64,000 nt of DNA, from the IMG/VR virus record IMGVR_UViG_3300002835_000007, positions 1-64,000 of that record; one strand, given 5' to 3'. Positions 25,440 to 35,448 of this stretch are shown piece by piece. Below the pieces are notes generated by a model that was given only the letters and a program-made list of their open reading frames with translations, had not been told where the DNA came from and did not search any database. Each line of letters starts with the position of its first letter. Positions within the stretch are counted from its first letter, which is position 1. A program made the position numbers and the translations under genes.

Positions 25440-27059
25440 ATGCAATCAGAAACTAGAAGATTAAAAAGAAGTTTAGCACTTAAAGAAGTGATTAAAACTA
25501 GATTGGCAGAAGCAATTAAAAACAAAGATTGGTCTTCAATCGAAACATTAGAAGGTCTTATCACAAAAGTATTGGATAAACCTAACAACCTTGTACTTAT
25601 GGGTGATGCGTATAAATACTCACACCATAAATTCTATGAGGATAACACAACAACAGTTTATTCATACATGGAGTCACGTGGTGGTCGTTTCCAAGAAACT
25701 GTATGGTATGGTCTTGAAATGTTCATTAAAGAATATTTAGAAGGTGTTGCAATCACACAAGAAGAATTAGATGAAGCATATGAGTACTTAGGTACTAAAC
25801 ATGGTGTATTTGGTCGTGATGATGTGTTTGATAAATCTAAATTCCAATACATTATAGATGTTCATGGTGGTAAACTACCAGTACGTATTAAAGCAGTACA
25901 AGAAGGTACAGTTGTAGGTGTTAAAAACGTTCTTATGACTATTGAGAACACTGACCCTAATTGTTATTGGTTAACTAACTTTTTAGAAACAATCATGATG
26001 CAATTATGGTATCCAATTACGGTTGCAACATTGTCACGTGAAGTTAAGAAAATTGTTATCGAATACTACCAAAAAACATCTGCGTTACCACAACACATTA
26101 TGGATACAGTTATTGAGTTCGTATTAAACGATTTCGGTTTTAGAGGTGTATCATCAGTACAATCAGCTGGTTACGGTGGTTCAGCACACTTAATTAATTT
26201 TATGGGTTCTGACACAACAGTTGCATCAAAACGTATCTGTGAATACTATAATACTGACACAATATTTGGTTTATCAGTTCCAGCAACTGAACACTCTATC
26301 ATGACAATGAAAGGTGAAGAAGGTGAAGTTGAAATGATGAGAAGAACACTTGAGAAATACCCTACTGGAATTGTAGCGTGTGTATCTGACTCTTACCACA
26401 TCTTACGTGCATGTTCTGAGAAATGGGGAACTGAGTTACGTGATTTGATTTTATCAAGACCATCAGAACCTGGAAATCAACTGGTTATTCGTCCAGATAG
26501 TGGTCACGTTGTCAACACATTAAAAGAAGTGTTTGCTATATTGTTTGATAAATTTGGTTACACTGTGAATGATAAAGGGTTCAAATTGTTACCACCACAA
26601 GTTCGTGTAATTCAAGGTGATGGTGTAAACATCAATTCAATTCGTGAGATTTACGAAGAATTATACAGATTAGGTATTTCTGCTGAGAACATCGTGTTTG
26701 GTATGGGTGGTAAATTGTTACAAGCTGATATTAATAGAGATACACAAAACTTTGCAACTAAAGCATGTTTCGCTGTCGTAAATGGTGAACAACGTGATTT
26801 GGTTAAATCACCAACAGAAGTTGATGAAAATGGTGAATTAAAACCATCATTCAAGAAATCTAAACAAGGTCGTTTGAAGTTGGTTAAACACTATACAAAT
26901 GGTCAATACTACACTGTAACATCATTGGAAGATGGATATGAATCTGCACATGATGAATTGAGAACTATTTTTGAAGATGGTAAACTATTGGTTGAAACGA
27001 AGTTTGAAGATATTCGTAGTAGAGCTAAAATTTTTAAATTAAACGTAGAATTAGTATAA
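25440..27059 (+). CDS. nadV: nicotinamide phosphoribosyltransferase
   Basis: DAYKYSH, DFGFRG, SVPATEHS, VSDSY, IRPDSG, IQGDG, FGMGG. Confidence 0.95.
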   Translation: MQSETRRLKRSLALKEVIKTRLAEAIKNKDWSSIETLEGLITKVLDKPNNLVLMGDAYKYSHHKFYEDNTTTVYSYMESRGGRFQETVWYGLEMFIKEYLEGVAITQEELDEAYEYLGTKHGVFGRDDVFDKSKFQYIIDVHGGKLPVRIKAVQEGTVVGVKNVLMTIENTDPNCYWLTNFLETIMMQLWYPITVATLSREVKKIVIEYYQKTSALPQHIMDTVIEFVLNDFGFRGVSSVQSAGYGGSAHLINFMGSDTTVASKRICEYYNTDTIFGLSVPATEHSIMTMKGEEGEVEMMRRTLEKYPTGIVACVSDSYHILRACSEKWGTELRDLILSRPSEPGNQLVIRPDSGHVVNTLKEVFAILFDKFGYTVNDKGFKLLPPQVRVIQGDGVNINSIREIYEELYRLGISAENIVFGMGGKLLQADINRDTQNFATKACFAVVNGEQRDLVKSPTEVDENGELKPSFKKSKQGRLKLVKHYTNGQYYTVTSLEDGYESAHDELRTIFEDGKLLVETKFEDIRSRAKIFKLNVELV

Positions 27060-27547
27060 TGACAACAGATAAATTTATATTCTTTTGGGGAGGGACATAC
27101 AGTCAATGGTGTCCTTCCACATTTGAAATCGGAGGTGTAAAATATAATTGCTGCGAGCAATATATGATGGCACAAAAAGCATTATTATTCAATGACATAG
27201 AAAGTCACAAGATGATTATGTATGCTACTAGTCCACGTGACCAAAAAGCATTTGGACGTAGAGTAAAAGGGTTTGACAAAGACAAATGGGAAGCTGTTTG
27301 TAGAGAAATCGTTTACGATGCAAACTATGCCAAGTTTACTCAAAACCCATCTATGATGGCTGAGTTACTGGCAACTGGTGATAGAGAAATTGTAGAAGCT
27401 AGTCCAGAGGATAAAATCTGGGGAATTGGATTGCATGAAAACGATGCTAGAGTTCACGACAAGTCAAAATGGCAAGGAACCAATTGGTTAGGTGAAGCTA
27501 TCATGCAAGTAAGAGAAAAATTAAGAACTATTAAAATAGAAATGTAA
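27059..27547 (+). CDS. NADAR (YbiA-like) protein
   Basis: SQW, EQYMMAQKA, KFTQN, EASPEDKIWGIG, GTNWLG. Confidence 0.93.
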   Translation: MTTDKFIFFWGGTYSQWCPSTFEIGGVKYNCCEQYMMAQKALLFNDIESHKMIMYATSPRDQKAFGRRVKGFDKDKWEAVCREIVYDANYAKFTQNPSMMAELLATGDREIVEASPEDKIWGIGLHENDARVHDKSKWQGTNWLGEAIMQVREKLRTIKIEM

Positions 27548-28005
27548 TGATTAGATACGTAGAAGGCGATTTAGTGAAAATGGCCAAAGAAGGAGAATTC
27601 GATGTAATAGCACACGGTTGTAACTGTTTCTGTGCTATGGGTGCTGGTATTGCACCACAAATTAAAAATGCTTTTCCAGAAGCATATGAGGCTGATTGTG
27701 CAACAGTGGCTGGTGATGAATCAAAAATGGGTACTATTACTCATACGGTTAATTCTACACCGATAGTTGTAAACATTTATTCTCAATATGACACCAAAGG
27801 TAGACGTAGTGGTAACATGGATTTAGACTATGATGCTTTACGTTCTGGTTTAAAAGAGATGAAAGCTAAATTTTCTGGTAAAACAATTGGGTTACCGATG
27901 ATTGGTGCTGGATTGGCTGGTGGTGATTGGGATATCATTGAGAAAATAATTGAAGAAGAAATGATTGGTGAGTATGTAACAATCGTTCAATACGTTCCAT
28001 GGTAA
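27547..28005 (+). CDS. Macro domain protein
   Basis: GDL, HGCNCFCAMGAGIA, PMIGAGLAGGDW. Confidence 0.93.
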   Translation: MIRYVEGDLVKMAKEGEFDVIAHGCNCFCAMGAGIAPQIKNAFPEAYEADCATVAGDESKMGTITHTVNSTPIVVNIYSQYDTKGRRSGNMDLDYDALRSGLKEMKAKFSGKTIGLPMIGAGLAGGDWDIIEKIIEEEMIGEYVTIVQYVPW

Positions 28006-28586
28006 TAATCTTTGTTAATAATCCAATGCAAGATGCAAACACTCTTGAACCGCAATTAATTGATGGTAGAGTAGTTTATTGGACTGTGGTTAGTGAGTGT
28101 ATGAAATCAAATGAAACATTCAAAGAATGGTTGGTTAGAAAGGAAGAAAGAATCAATACACATCCTAATTATAGTTCCATTGAAGGTCTTTTAATCTATG
28201 ACATGCAACCAATTGTGTCTACCCCTTACGAAGGGGTGACACATGGTGGTATGATTATTAGGTATGCTTTTTTAAAGAAAAAAGAAGAAAACATTTGATT
28301 TTTAATTTATTTTTAGTACATTTGTAACATGAAAATAGTTTTTGAAAATTTAGAAGAAGCGTTAAAAATACCATCTTCAGCATACACAATTAGAACTGAA
28401 ACTCTTAAAGTTGAAGAGACTTTATTAGAGTGGATGAATAGAAAGAATGAAATGTTATTAAATGACCCTAGATACGCTAACGTTGAAGGTGTTATTTTAT
28501 ATGACGTTGAGTCGTATTTTGATTCACCATACAAAGATAAGGTACATAGTGGGTTAATCCTAAAATATAAGTATTTAAGAAAATGA
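27999..28586 (+). CDS. two tandem paralogous hypothetical proteins (27999-28298, 28329-28586)
   Basis: Shared ET..EW..RK......P.Y..(I/V)EG...YD......PY....H.G pattern. Confidence 0.7.
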
Positions 28587-29056
28587 AAGTAATATTTTTA
28601 GATATTGATGGAGTATTAGCAACAACATCTTGTTATGGTAAAGGAAAAAACAACAAGTGGGGTGCTTATATGTTTGACCAAAAAGCTGTTGTTTATCTCA
28701 ATTTTATACTTAGTGAGACTGGTGCTGAAATCATTTTATCATCTGATTGGCGAAATCAATATACTTTGCATGAAATGCGTGAAATTTTTTGTCATAACGG
28801 AGTGTTGAAAGGTCCGATAGGGTTTACACCATCGTTAAAAACATATAAGGGTGATAATCTTGAAGGTGGTCGTGCTGATGAAATAAATGCATGGTTAGAA
28901 ATTAACGCATGGAAGAATGATATCAAATGGGTTGCCATTGATGATTTGAATATGGATGAATGGTTGTACCCTAACTTTGTTCATTGTCCTAATGAACATG
29001 AAGGAATCAAAAAACAAAACATAAAAGATAAAATAATACAAATATTAAATGGATAA
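28583..29056 (+). CDS. HAD-family protein (Swiss-Army-Knife RNA repair-like)
   Basis: FLDIDGVL, LSSDWR, R..EI..WL, AIDD. Confidence 0.85.
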   Translation: MKVIFLDIDGVLATTSCYGKGKNNKWGAYMFDQKAVVYLNFILSETGAEIILSSDWRNQYTLHEMREIFCHNGVLKGPIGFTPSLKTYKGDNLEGGRADEINAWLEINAWKNDIKWVAIDDLNMDEWLYPNFVHCPNEHEGIKKQNIKDKIIQILNG

Positions 29057-29483
29057 TTGGGATAAGAAGTTCATCAAGTTGTGTCAACACATTGCTGAAT
29101 GGAGCAAGGATAAAAATAAAAAAGTTGGTGCTGTAATAGTTGATAATGACAATGTAGTTATATCAATGGGTTATAATGGAATACCAAGAGGTTGTGATGA
29201 TACTGAAGAGTGTCGTTATGAAAGACCAACAAAATATTTGTTCACAGAGCATGCTGAACGAAATGCAATATACCATGCAGCAAGACATGGTGTATCATTG
29301 AAAGATTGTAAAATGTATGTAACTTTGTTCCCATGTGCTGATTGTGCAAGAGCAATGATTCAATCTGGAATAACAAAAATAATAGCACCAGAACCAAATT
29401 TAGACCACGAAGTATGGGGTGTACACTTCAAGGCTGCGATTCAAATGATGGAGGAAGCTAATATCGAAATAATTTTAATTTAA
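29049..29483 (+). CDS. dCMP deaminase
   Basis: GYNG, HAERNAI, PCADC. Confidence 0.93.
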   Translation: MDNWDKKFIKLCQHIAEWSKDKNKKVGAVIVDNDNVVISMGYNGIPRGCDDTEECRYERPTKYLFTEHAERNAIYHAARHGVSLKDCKMYVTLFPCADCARAMIQSGITKIIAPEPNLDHEVWGVHFKAAIQMMEEANIEIILI

Positions 29484-29662
29484 TGGAAACAGTTAAAGTA
29501 GGCTTGGCCAATGTTGGTGAAAAATTAATGCCAGTTGATATTGTCATCAAATGGATGCCAACTGATATTGTATATGCTGGTGATACAGTGTTTTTTAAAA
29601 ATGAAAAGTCCTATTATTCAATGAATTATATGGACTTTATGAGAATATTTAATTTATAAAAT

Positions 29663-30106
29663 ATGAGTATAGTAAGGTCAATAAAAATTAATCATTATGA
29701 ACACATGGTTAATAGAAATTGGGATAAAACATATTGGGCGTTTGACATCCATGGTACAATCCTAAAACCAAATTACGAGTATGGAAACATACCTAAAGAG
29801 TTTTACCCATTTGCTAAAGAAACACTTCAGTTTATTAGCAAGATGGAAGATGTTGTAATGATTCTTTACACATGTTCACATCCACATGAGATTGAACAAT
29901 ATATTGAGTATTTCAAAGAGAATGATATTCATTTTGATTACATAAATGAAAACCCAGAGATAGCTACAAACCTAGAAGGTTATGGTAACTACGATAAAAA
30001 ACCTTACATGAATGTATTATTTGAAGACAAAGCTGGATTCGATGGTGACAGTGATTGGGATAGTGTTTTATGGTTATTAACTAGTAAAAATGGCGAGAAT
30101 ATCTGA
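29663..30106 (+). CDS. HAD-like hydrolase
   Basis: AFDIHGTI, LYTCS, INENPE, FEDKAG. Confidence 0.75.
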   Translation: MSIVRSIKINHYEHMVNRNWDKTYWAFDIHGTILKPNYEYGNIPKEFYPFAKETLQFISKMEDVVMILYTCSHPHEIEQYIEYFKENDIHFDYINENPEIATNLEGYGNYDKKPYMNVLFEDKAGFDGDSDWDSVLWLLTSKNGENI

Positions 30107-30448
30107 CATACAAAGATACAATAAAGGTAGAAAAGATTTAACTAGGGATAATGCCGATTTTGAAACATTAAGGTTTAAAAATGAAAATGGTGATGTTATG
30201 GTTATTAAACCACAAGAGGTTAGAGAAGTTTTACATGATTTTATTGATAGTGAGATAGGTTTTTTGGGTGATGCAATGAAAACTCAAATAAAAGAAAGAT
30301 TAGAGTTCAAAATTAAACAAGTTGAAAGAACTTTAATTGAACATTTAGATGATAAAATAAATAAAATTGCAGAATCAATATTAGAAAAAACTATTGATAG
30401 AATAGCAGAAGAAGAAATAAATAGAAGGGTTTTAGAAAAAATTAAAAA

Positions 30449-30766
30449 ATGTTTATGAAAAGAAGAAGAAGAATTGGTTTAATTATTTTTGCAATTGTAA
30501 TTGCAATATTTTTGTTAAGTAGTTGTGCCGACACATCACATGTTAAACAATGTTTACCACCAACAGAACACACTTATGGTTTCTGGGGTGGTACATGGCA
30601 TGGTATGATAACAGTTCCATCATTTATTGGTAGTCTTATTTGGGACGATGTTGCTGTATACGCAGTAAATAATAATGGTGGATGGTATGATTTTGGATTT
30701 GTAGGTGGATTATTTTTCATGCTAAAATTAGTTGGGATTGGTAATAAAAAAGTTAAAGAAAAATGA
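30449..30766 (+). CDS. putative lipoprotein/membrane protein
   Basis: LLSSC lipobox; GFWGGTWHG...NNGGWYDFGF. Confidence 0.7.
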   Translation: MFMKRRRRIGLIIFAIVIAIFLLSSCADTSHVKQCLPPTEHTYGFWGGTWHGMITVPSFIGSLIWDDVAVYAVNNNGGWYDFGFVGGLFFMLKLVGIGNKKVKEK

Positions 30767-31527
30767 AAAAGAAAGTAGTAGTATTTAGTGGTGCTGGATT
30801 AGATAGAGAATCTGGTATCTTAACGTTTCGTGACTCTAAAGATGGGTTATGGAACAATTATAAAGTTGATGAAGTTGCGACAAAAGAAGGATGGTCTAAA
30901 AACCGTGAAAAAGTTTTGGCGTTTTACAACGAAAGACGTAGAGAATTACCTAGTGTTGAACCAAACGATGCTCACAGAGCATTGGTGCGTTTAGAAGAAG
31001 GATATAGTGTATTAAACGTGACGCAAAACGTAACTGATTTGTTAGAACGTGCTGGTGCAAGTGATATTATTCATTTACATGGTGAGTTAACCAAAGCAAG
31101 AGGTTGCTTCCATAAATCAGAAGGTTTTGACACTAATTACATTGTTAAAGAAATTGGTTATAACGACATTAACATCGGTGATAAATGTGAACATACTGAT
31201 TCACAATTAAGACCACATGTTTGTTGGTTTGGTGAATGGCCTTATGACACAGATAGAGCTTATGATGAAGTTCCATTTGCAGACATTCTTATCATTGTTG
31301 GTACAAGTTTAGAGATAACTTATACGTTATCAATGTTAGGTCAATTAAGACATAAAGTTTTAAGTGGTGAATGTGAAGTTTATTATGTTGACCCAAATCC
31401 ATCAACTCACATGGAAGCTTATGGGATTAAACCTAATTACATTAGAAAAGTTGCTAGTGAAGGGTTAAATGAATTAGTTGACGAATTATTAAAAAGAGAA
31501 GAAAATCAAAAAAATATTGCTAATTAA
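30763..31527 (+). CDS. Sir2/CobB NAD-dependent deacylase
   Basis: SGAGL..ESG..TFR, TQNV.DL.ERAG, HLHG, LRPHV.WFGE, GTSL. Confidence 0.93.
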   Translation: MKKKVVVFSGAGLDRESGILTFRDSKDGLWNNYKVDEVATKEGWSKNREKVLAFYNERRRELPSVEPNDAHRALVRLEEGYSVLNVTQNVTDLLERAGASDIIHLHGELTKARGCFHKSEGFDTNYIVKEIGYNDINIGDKCEHTDSQLRPHVCWFGEWPYDTDRAYDEVPFADILIIVGTSLEITYTLSMLGQLRHKVLSGECEVYYVDPNPSTHMEAYGIKPNYIRKVASEGLNELVDELLKREENQKNIAN

Positions 31528-31569
31528 TAATTTATTTAGTATATTTGAATTAATAAAATAAAAATAGAT

Positions 31570-31941
31570 ATGGAATATTACACGTTTGAAGGAGTTATCA
31601 AAGAGATTTTTGATACTCAAGAATTTAAAAACAATTTCAAGAAAAGAGAAGTTGTATTAGAAACAGAAGAGGATTATCCTCAATTAATAAAATTTGAGTT
31701 TACCGATGAAAATGGTATTAACAAATTAGATGACCATGCTGCTGGTGAAAAAGTTAAGATTGCTTTCTTACTAAAAGGTAGTGAATGGCAAGGTAAATAT
31801 TTTACTAATTTAAGAGGTGTTGCAATTGCTTCATCAGAAGAACCAACTTCTACTGATAAACCTAAAAAAGACACTAAGAAAGATGTTTTGTCTTCAATGA
31901 CAAAAGTTAACAATAACGAAGAAGATGAATTACCATTCTAA
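31570..31941 (+). CDS. DUF3127 OB-fold protein (SSB-like)
   Basis: FKKREVVL..YPQ..FEF...G.EW.GKYF; acidic EDELPF tail. Confidence 0.85.
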   Translation: MEYYTFEGVIKEIFDTQEFKNNFKKREVVLETEEDYPQLIKFEFTDENGINKLDDHAAGEKVKIAFLLKGSEWQGKYFTNLRGVAIASSEEPTSTDKPKKDTKKDVLSSMTKVNNNEEDELPF

Positions 31942-32557
31942 TCATGAGTGTAGTTAAATTTGAATTGAAAGAAGAACACGTAAAGTTGTTAAAATATTTA
32001 CGTTGGAGTAAATCAAAAGAACTTATTGTTAATATTTCTGATGATGAAGATTCTGTTCCATTTGGTTTTGATACTATCTATGAAGCAATAGATACAATAT
32101 TAAACGGTAAACCAGAAGGGTTTGACCCATTTGAAGCAGATGATGTTATTGAATATAGTGATGAACAAAAAGCTGAATGGGATAAATTATATGATGAGTT
32201 GCCAACAGCATTAGATGTCATATTACATAATCAATCATTTGATTTGGGGCGTTATAAGACCAAGTATCATGACAGAAACTGGAAAAAGATGAATTAATTT
32301 TCATCTTTTTTTGTTTATATGAAATATTATTCATACATTTGTAGAAACTAAAAAATAAATAAATATGAAAAATGTAAAAAGTTACTGTATCATAAAGAAA
32401 GTGGTACAATCAAATGGGAAAACATTAAACGTGCTAATGTTAGATATTAACACTGAAGTATTGGAATTCGATAATTTACAAGATGCTGAAAAATTTGCTG
32501 CATTGATGACACAAAACTCTGACTCTGGTTGGGAATACATCGTAAAAGAAATATAAT

Positions 32558-33604
32558 ATGAATCAATCGTTATTATTTACCTTAGATGGTAAAACAGAAT
32601 TGGCTGAAGCCATTATTGACTCTGCTAATTTATTTAGCACGGAACATGAAATTAGTTTAGGTTATTTAAACAAACAAAAATTCTCCGATGGTGAGTTATG
32701 TGTTGATTTCACTGACTCAGTTAGAGGTAAATCAGTGTTTTTGTTATCTAGTCCAAACACATCAGATGCAATCATCAACTTAGCATTGGCTATTGATGCT
32801 GCAAAACGTGGTGGTGCTAAAGAGATTATACCTATCTTACCATATTTCCCATATGCTAGACAAGATAAGAAAGACCAAAGCAGAGGACCAATTGGTGCTA
32901 AGGTTATGGCTGAAATTATTGAACAACGTGGTGCAACATCAGTAATCACTTTTGATTTACACGCTGACCAGATACAAGGGTTCTTTAATATACCAGTTAC
33001 ACACATTGAAGGTAAGCATGTTTTCGACAGTTACATCAACGATACTATCAAAAACTTTACTGGTGGTGAAGTTGTATTGTGTGGACCAGATGCTGGTTCT
33101 GGTAAACGTGTTAAACGTATGCGTGACCAAATCAATAAAAGATATGGTGTTAACCTAAACATTGTCATGATTGACAAAACTAGGAAAAAAGCCAACGTGA
33201 TTGATGAAATGATTATTATTGGTGATGTTAAAGGTAAACATGTTATCATATTGGATGATATGGTTGATACTGCTGGTACGTTATGTAAAGCTGCTGAAGT
33301 ATTGAAAGATGCTGGTGCGTTGACTGTAAGGGCGATAATTGCACATGGTGTGTTATCTGGGCCAGCAGTTGAACGAATTGGTGAAAGTAAATTAGCTGAA
33401 TTAGTAATAAGTGATTCATTACCAATGAAAGATGCTAAAGAATTATGTCATAAAGAATTTAATGAAACAAAATGTCATCATATTATAAAAGGGTGCGAGA
33501 AAACAACTGTTATTAGTGTAGCACAACAAATTGGGATGGGAGTTTCTGCATCAATCAATAAACTAAGCTACGAAGCATTAAAATCAATTAAAGCAGTATA
33601 TTAA
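32558..33604 (+). CDS. prs: ribose-phosphate pyrophosphokinase
   Basis: FSDGE, PYFPYARQDK, DLHADQIQGFF, PDAG, DDMVDTAGT, HGVLSG. Confidence 0.93.
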   Translation: MNQSLLFTLDGKTELAEAIIDSANLFSTEHEISLGYLNKQKFSDGELCVDFTDSVRGKSVFLLSSPNTSDAIINLALAIDAAKRGGAKEIIPILPYFPYARQDKKDQSRGPIGAKVMAEIIEQRGATSVITFDLHADQIQGFFNIPVTHIEGKHVFDSYINDTIKNFTGGEVVLCGPDAGSGKRVKRMRDQINKRYGVNLNIVMIDKTRKKANVIDEMIIIGDVKGKHVIILDDMVDTAGTLCKAAEVLKDAGALTVRAIIAHGVLSGPAVERIGESKLAELVISDSLPMKDAKELCHKEFNETKCHHIIKGCEKTTVISVAQQIGMGVSASINKLSYEALKSIKAVY

Positions 33605-33743
33605 TGAGTAAAAATAATTTTGACAACACAACGCTATTACAAATAGCATTGGTTGGTGGTATTGTAACCCTAGCAGCATTGGGTGTGAATGGTTGGGGTT
33701 GGTTAGTTTTCGCACTAGTATTAACATTATAAAAAATAAAAAT

Positions 33744-34631
33744 ATGTCACATTTCGCAGTATTAGTTATCGGTGATAACGTTGAAGAACAATTGGCTAAA
33801 TACGATGAAAGCATTGAAATGCCAAGGTATGTTAAACATACAAAAGAAGAATTGATTGTTGAAGAAAAACAATCAATTGAAGAGTATAAGAATGGTACTT
33901 ATGCTCAATATTTAGCAGACCCAGTTAAGTATGCTGAGAATGTTAATAATGAAAATCATTTGAAGTATGTATCAGAAGAGTTTCCTAAGAAATTGGAAAT
34001 GAATGATGAGGAAATTTACCAACAAGCTATCAAATACTATGAAGAAGAATATTTAGGTCCAGATGGTGAAGTATATTCAACATATAACCCAGATTCTAAA
34101 TGGGATTGGTATGAAGTAGGTGGTCGTTATGCTGGTCGTATTGCAGTGAAAGATGGTGTTGAAATTGATGAACCTAATTTCTCATGGGGTTGGCAAGAAG
34201 AAGATAAAGAAAAAGTAATTGCTGAAGGTTATAAAACTGATTCAGCATACGTTGGAGATATTGATTTCTCTAAAATGCACAGAACTGAAGAAGATTACAA
34301 TGAAGCTTTGCGTTATTGGGAACTAATTGTTGAAGGTGCTAAACCTAAAAACGAAGATGAAACAAACCAAGTTAAATGGAATTGGTATAAACCAGAGTAT
34401 TACACTGAAAGATACAAAGATAAAGAAACGTATGCTAAATGTAATTCTTCATTCTCTATGTGGGCTGTTGTGAAAGATGGTGTGTGGTATGAGAAAGGTC
34501 AAATGGGTTGGTGGGCTATGTCCAATGAAACGCATGATGAAGCTTTGGATTGGGAAATGAATTTCTATGATAGATTCATCAAAGATTTACCAGAAGATAC
34601 ATTAATCACAGTTGTTGATTGTCACATTTAA
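33744..34631 (+). CDS. conserved phage hypothetical protein
   Basis: MSHFAVLV...NPDSKWDWYEVGGR...VVDCHI. Confidence 0.75.
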   Translation: MSHFAVLVIGDNVEEQLAKYDESIEMPRYVKHTKEELIVEEKQSIEEYKNGTYAQYLADPVKYAENVNNENHLKYVSEEFPKKLEMNDEEIYQQAIKYYEEEYLGPDGEVYSTYNPDSKWDWYEVGGRYAGRIAVKDGVEIDEPNFSWGWQEEDKEKVIAEGYKTDSAYVGDIDFSKMHRTEEDYNEALRYWELIVEGAKPKNEDETNQVKWNWYKPEYYTERYKDKETYAKCNSSFSMWAVVKDGVWYEKGQMGWWAMSNETHDEALDWEMNFYDRFIKDLPEDTLITVVDCHI

Positions 34632-34876
34632 AAAAAAAACATTATGAGTGAAGAAAAAGAATATAAAGACGAAACATTCGTTTTGAGTGCTGCACAACAC
34701 AAAAAGTACGATGAATGGAGGAAAGAAAAGAATGAAAAGGATGGGGAAGTATATGTAGGTGCCATTGGTGGTGCCTACTCCTTTTGTTTCACACCAACTG
34801 GATTGGGTGATATGGTAGTTGTTAAGTGTGCTGATGGTACACAATTAGATTTAACAGAATACGAATATTGGTGATT

Positions 34877-35419
34877 ATGAATGATAATGAATTATTTTGT
34901 GCTTGTGTAAAAGGTAATACACAAGCACAAGGTTTATTATATGAAAAATATAATAAACATCTATTTAACATTTGTTTAAGATACCTAGGTAATGAATATG
35001 ACGCTGATGATTGTCTTCAAGATGGGTTTTTACATATTTTAAACAAGTTAACTAAAATGGATGCCACAACTAATATTAAATTAAATGGTTGGTTAAGTGT
35101 GGTAATGAAAAACTATACATTAGATGTGTTAAGAAAGAAAAAGAATGAAATGTCATTTGAATCAGTTGAATATTTTACAACTGAAGTAGTTGATGAAGAG
35201 GAGTTTATGGTTTCTATTTCGCAAAATACATTATTAGAATTAATAAATAATTTATCACCACAATTTAAGAAAGTGTTTGAAATGTATGCTATTGATGAAT
35301 TACCACATAAAGATATTGCAAAAGAATTAGGTATTAGTGAGAGTACATCTAAGACTAATTACCATAGAGCAAGAAAAAAATTAAAAAAAGCTTTATTTCA
35401 TTTGGATATTATAAATTAA
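34877..35419 (+). CDS. ECF RNA polymerase sigma factor
   Basis: LYEKY...DADDCLQDGF...GWL..N...D; region 4 HKDIAKELGISESTSK..YHRAR. Confidence 0.9.
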   Translation: MNDNELFCACVKGNTQAQGLLYEKYNKHLFNICLRYLGNEYDADDCLQDGFLHILNKLTKMDATTNIKLNGWLSVVMKNYTLDVLRKKKNEMSFESVEYFTTEVVDEEEFMVSISQNTLLELINNLSPQFKKVFEMYAIDELPHKDIAKELGISESTSKTNYHRARKKLKKALFHLDIIN

Positions 35420-35448
35420 ATTAGTATTTTAGGGTAAAATATTTAATT

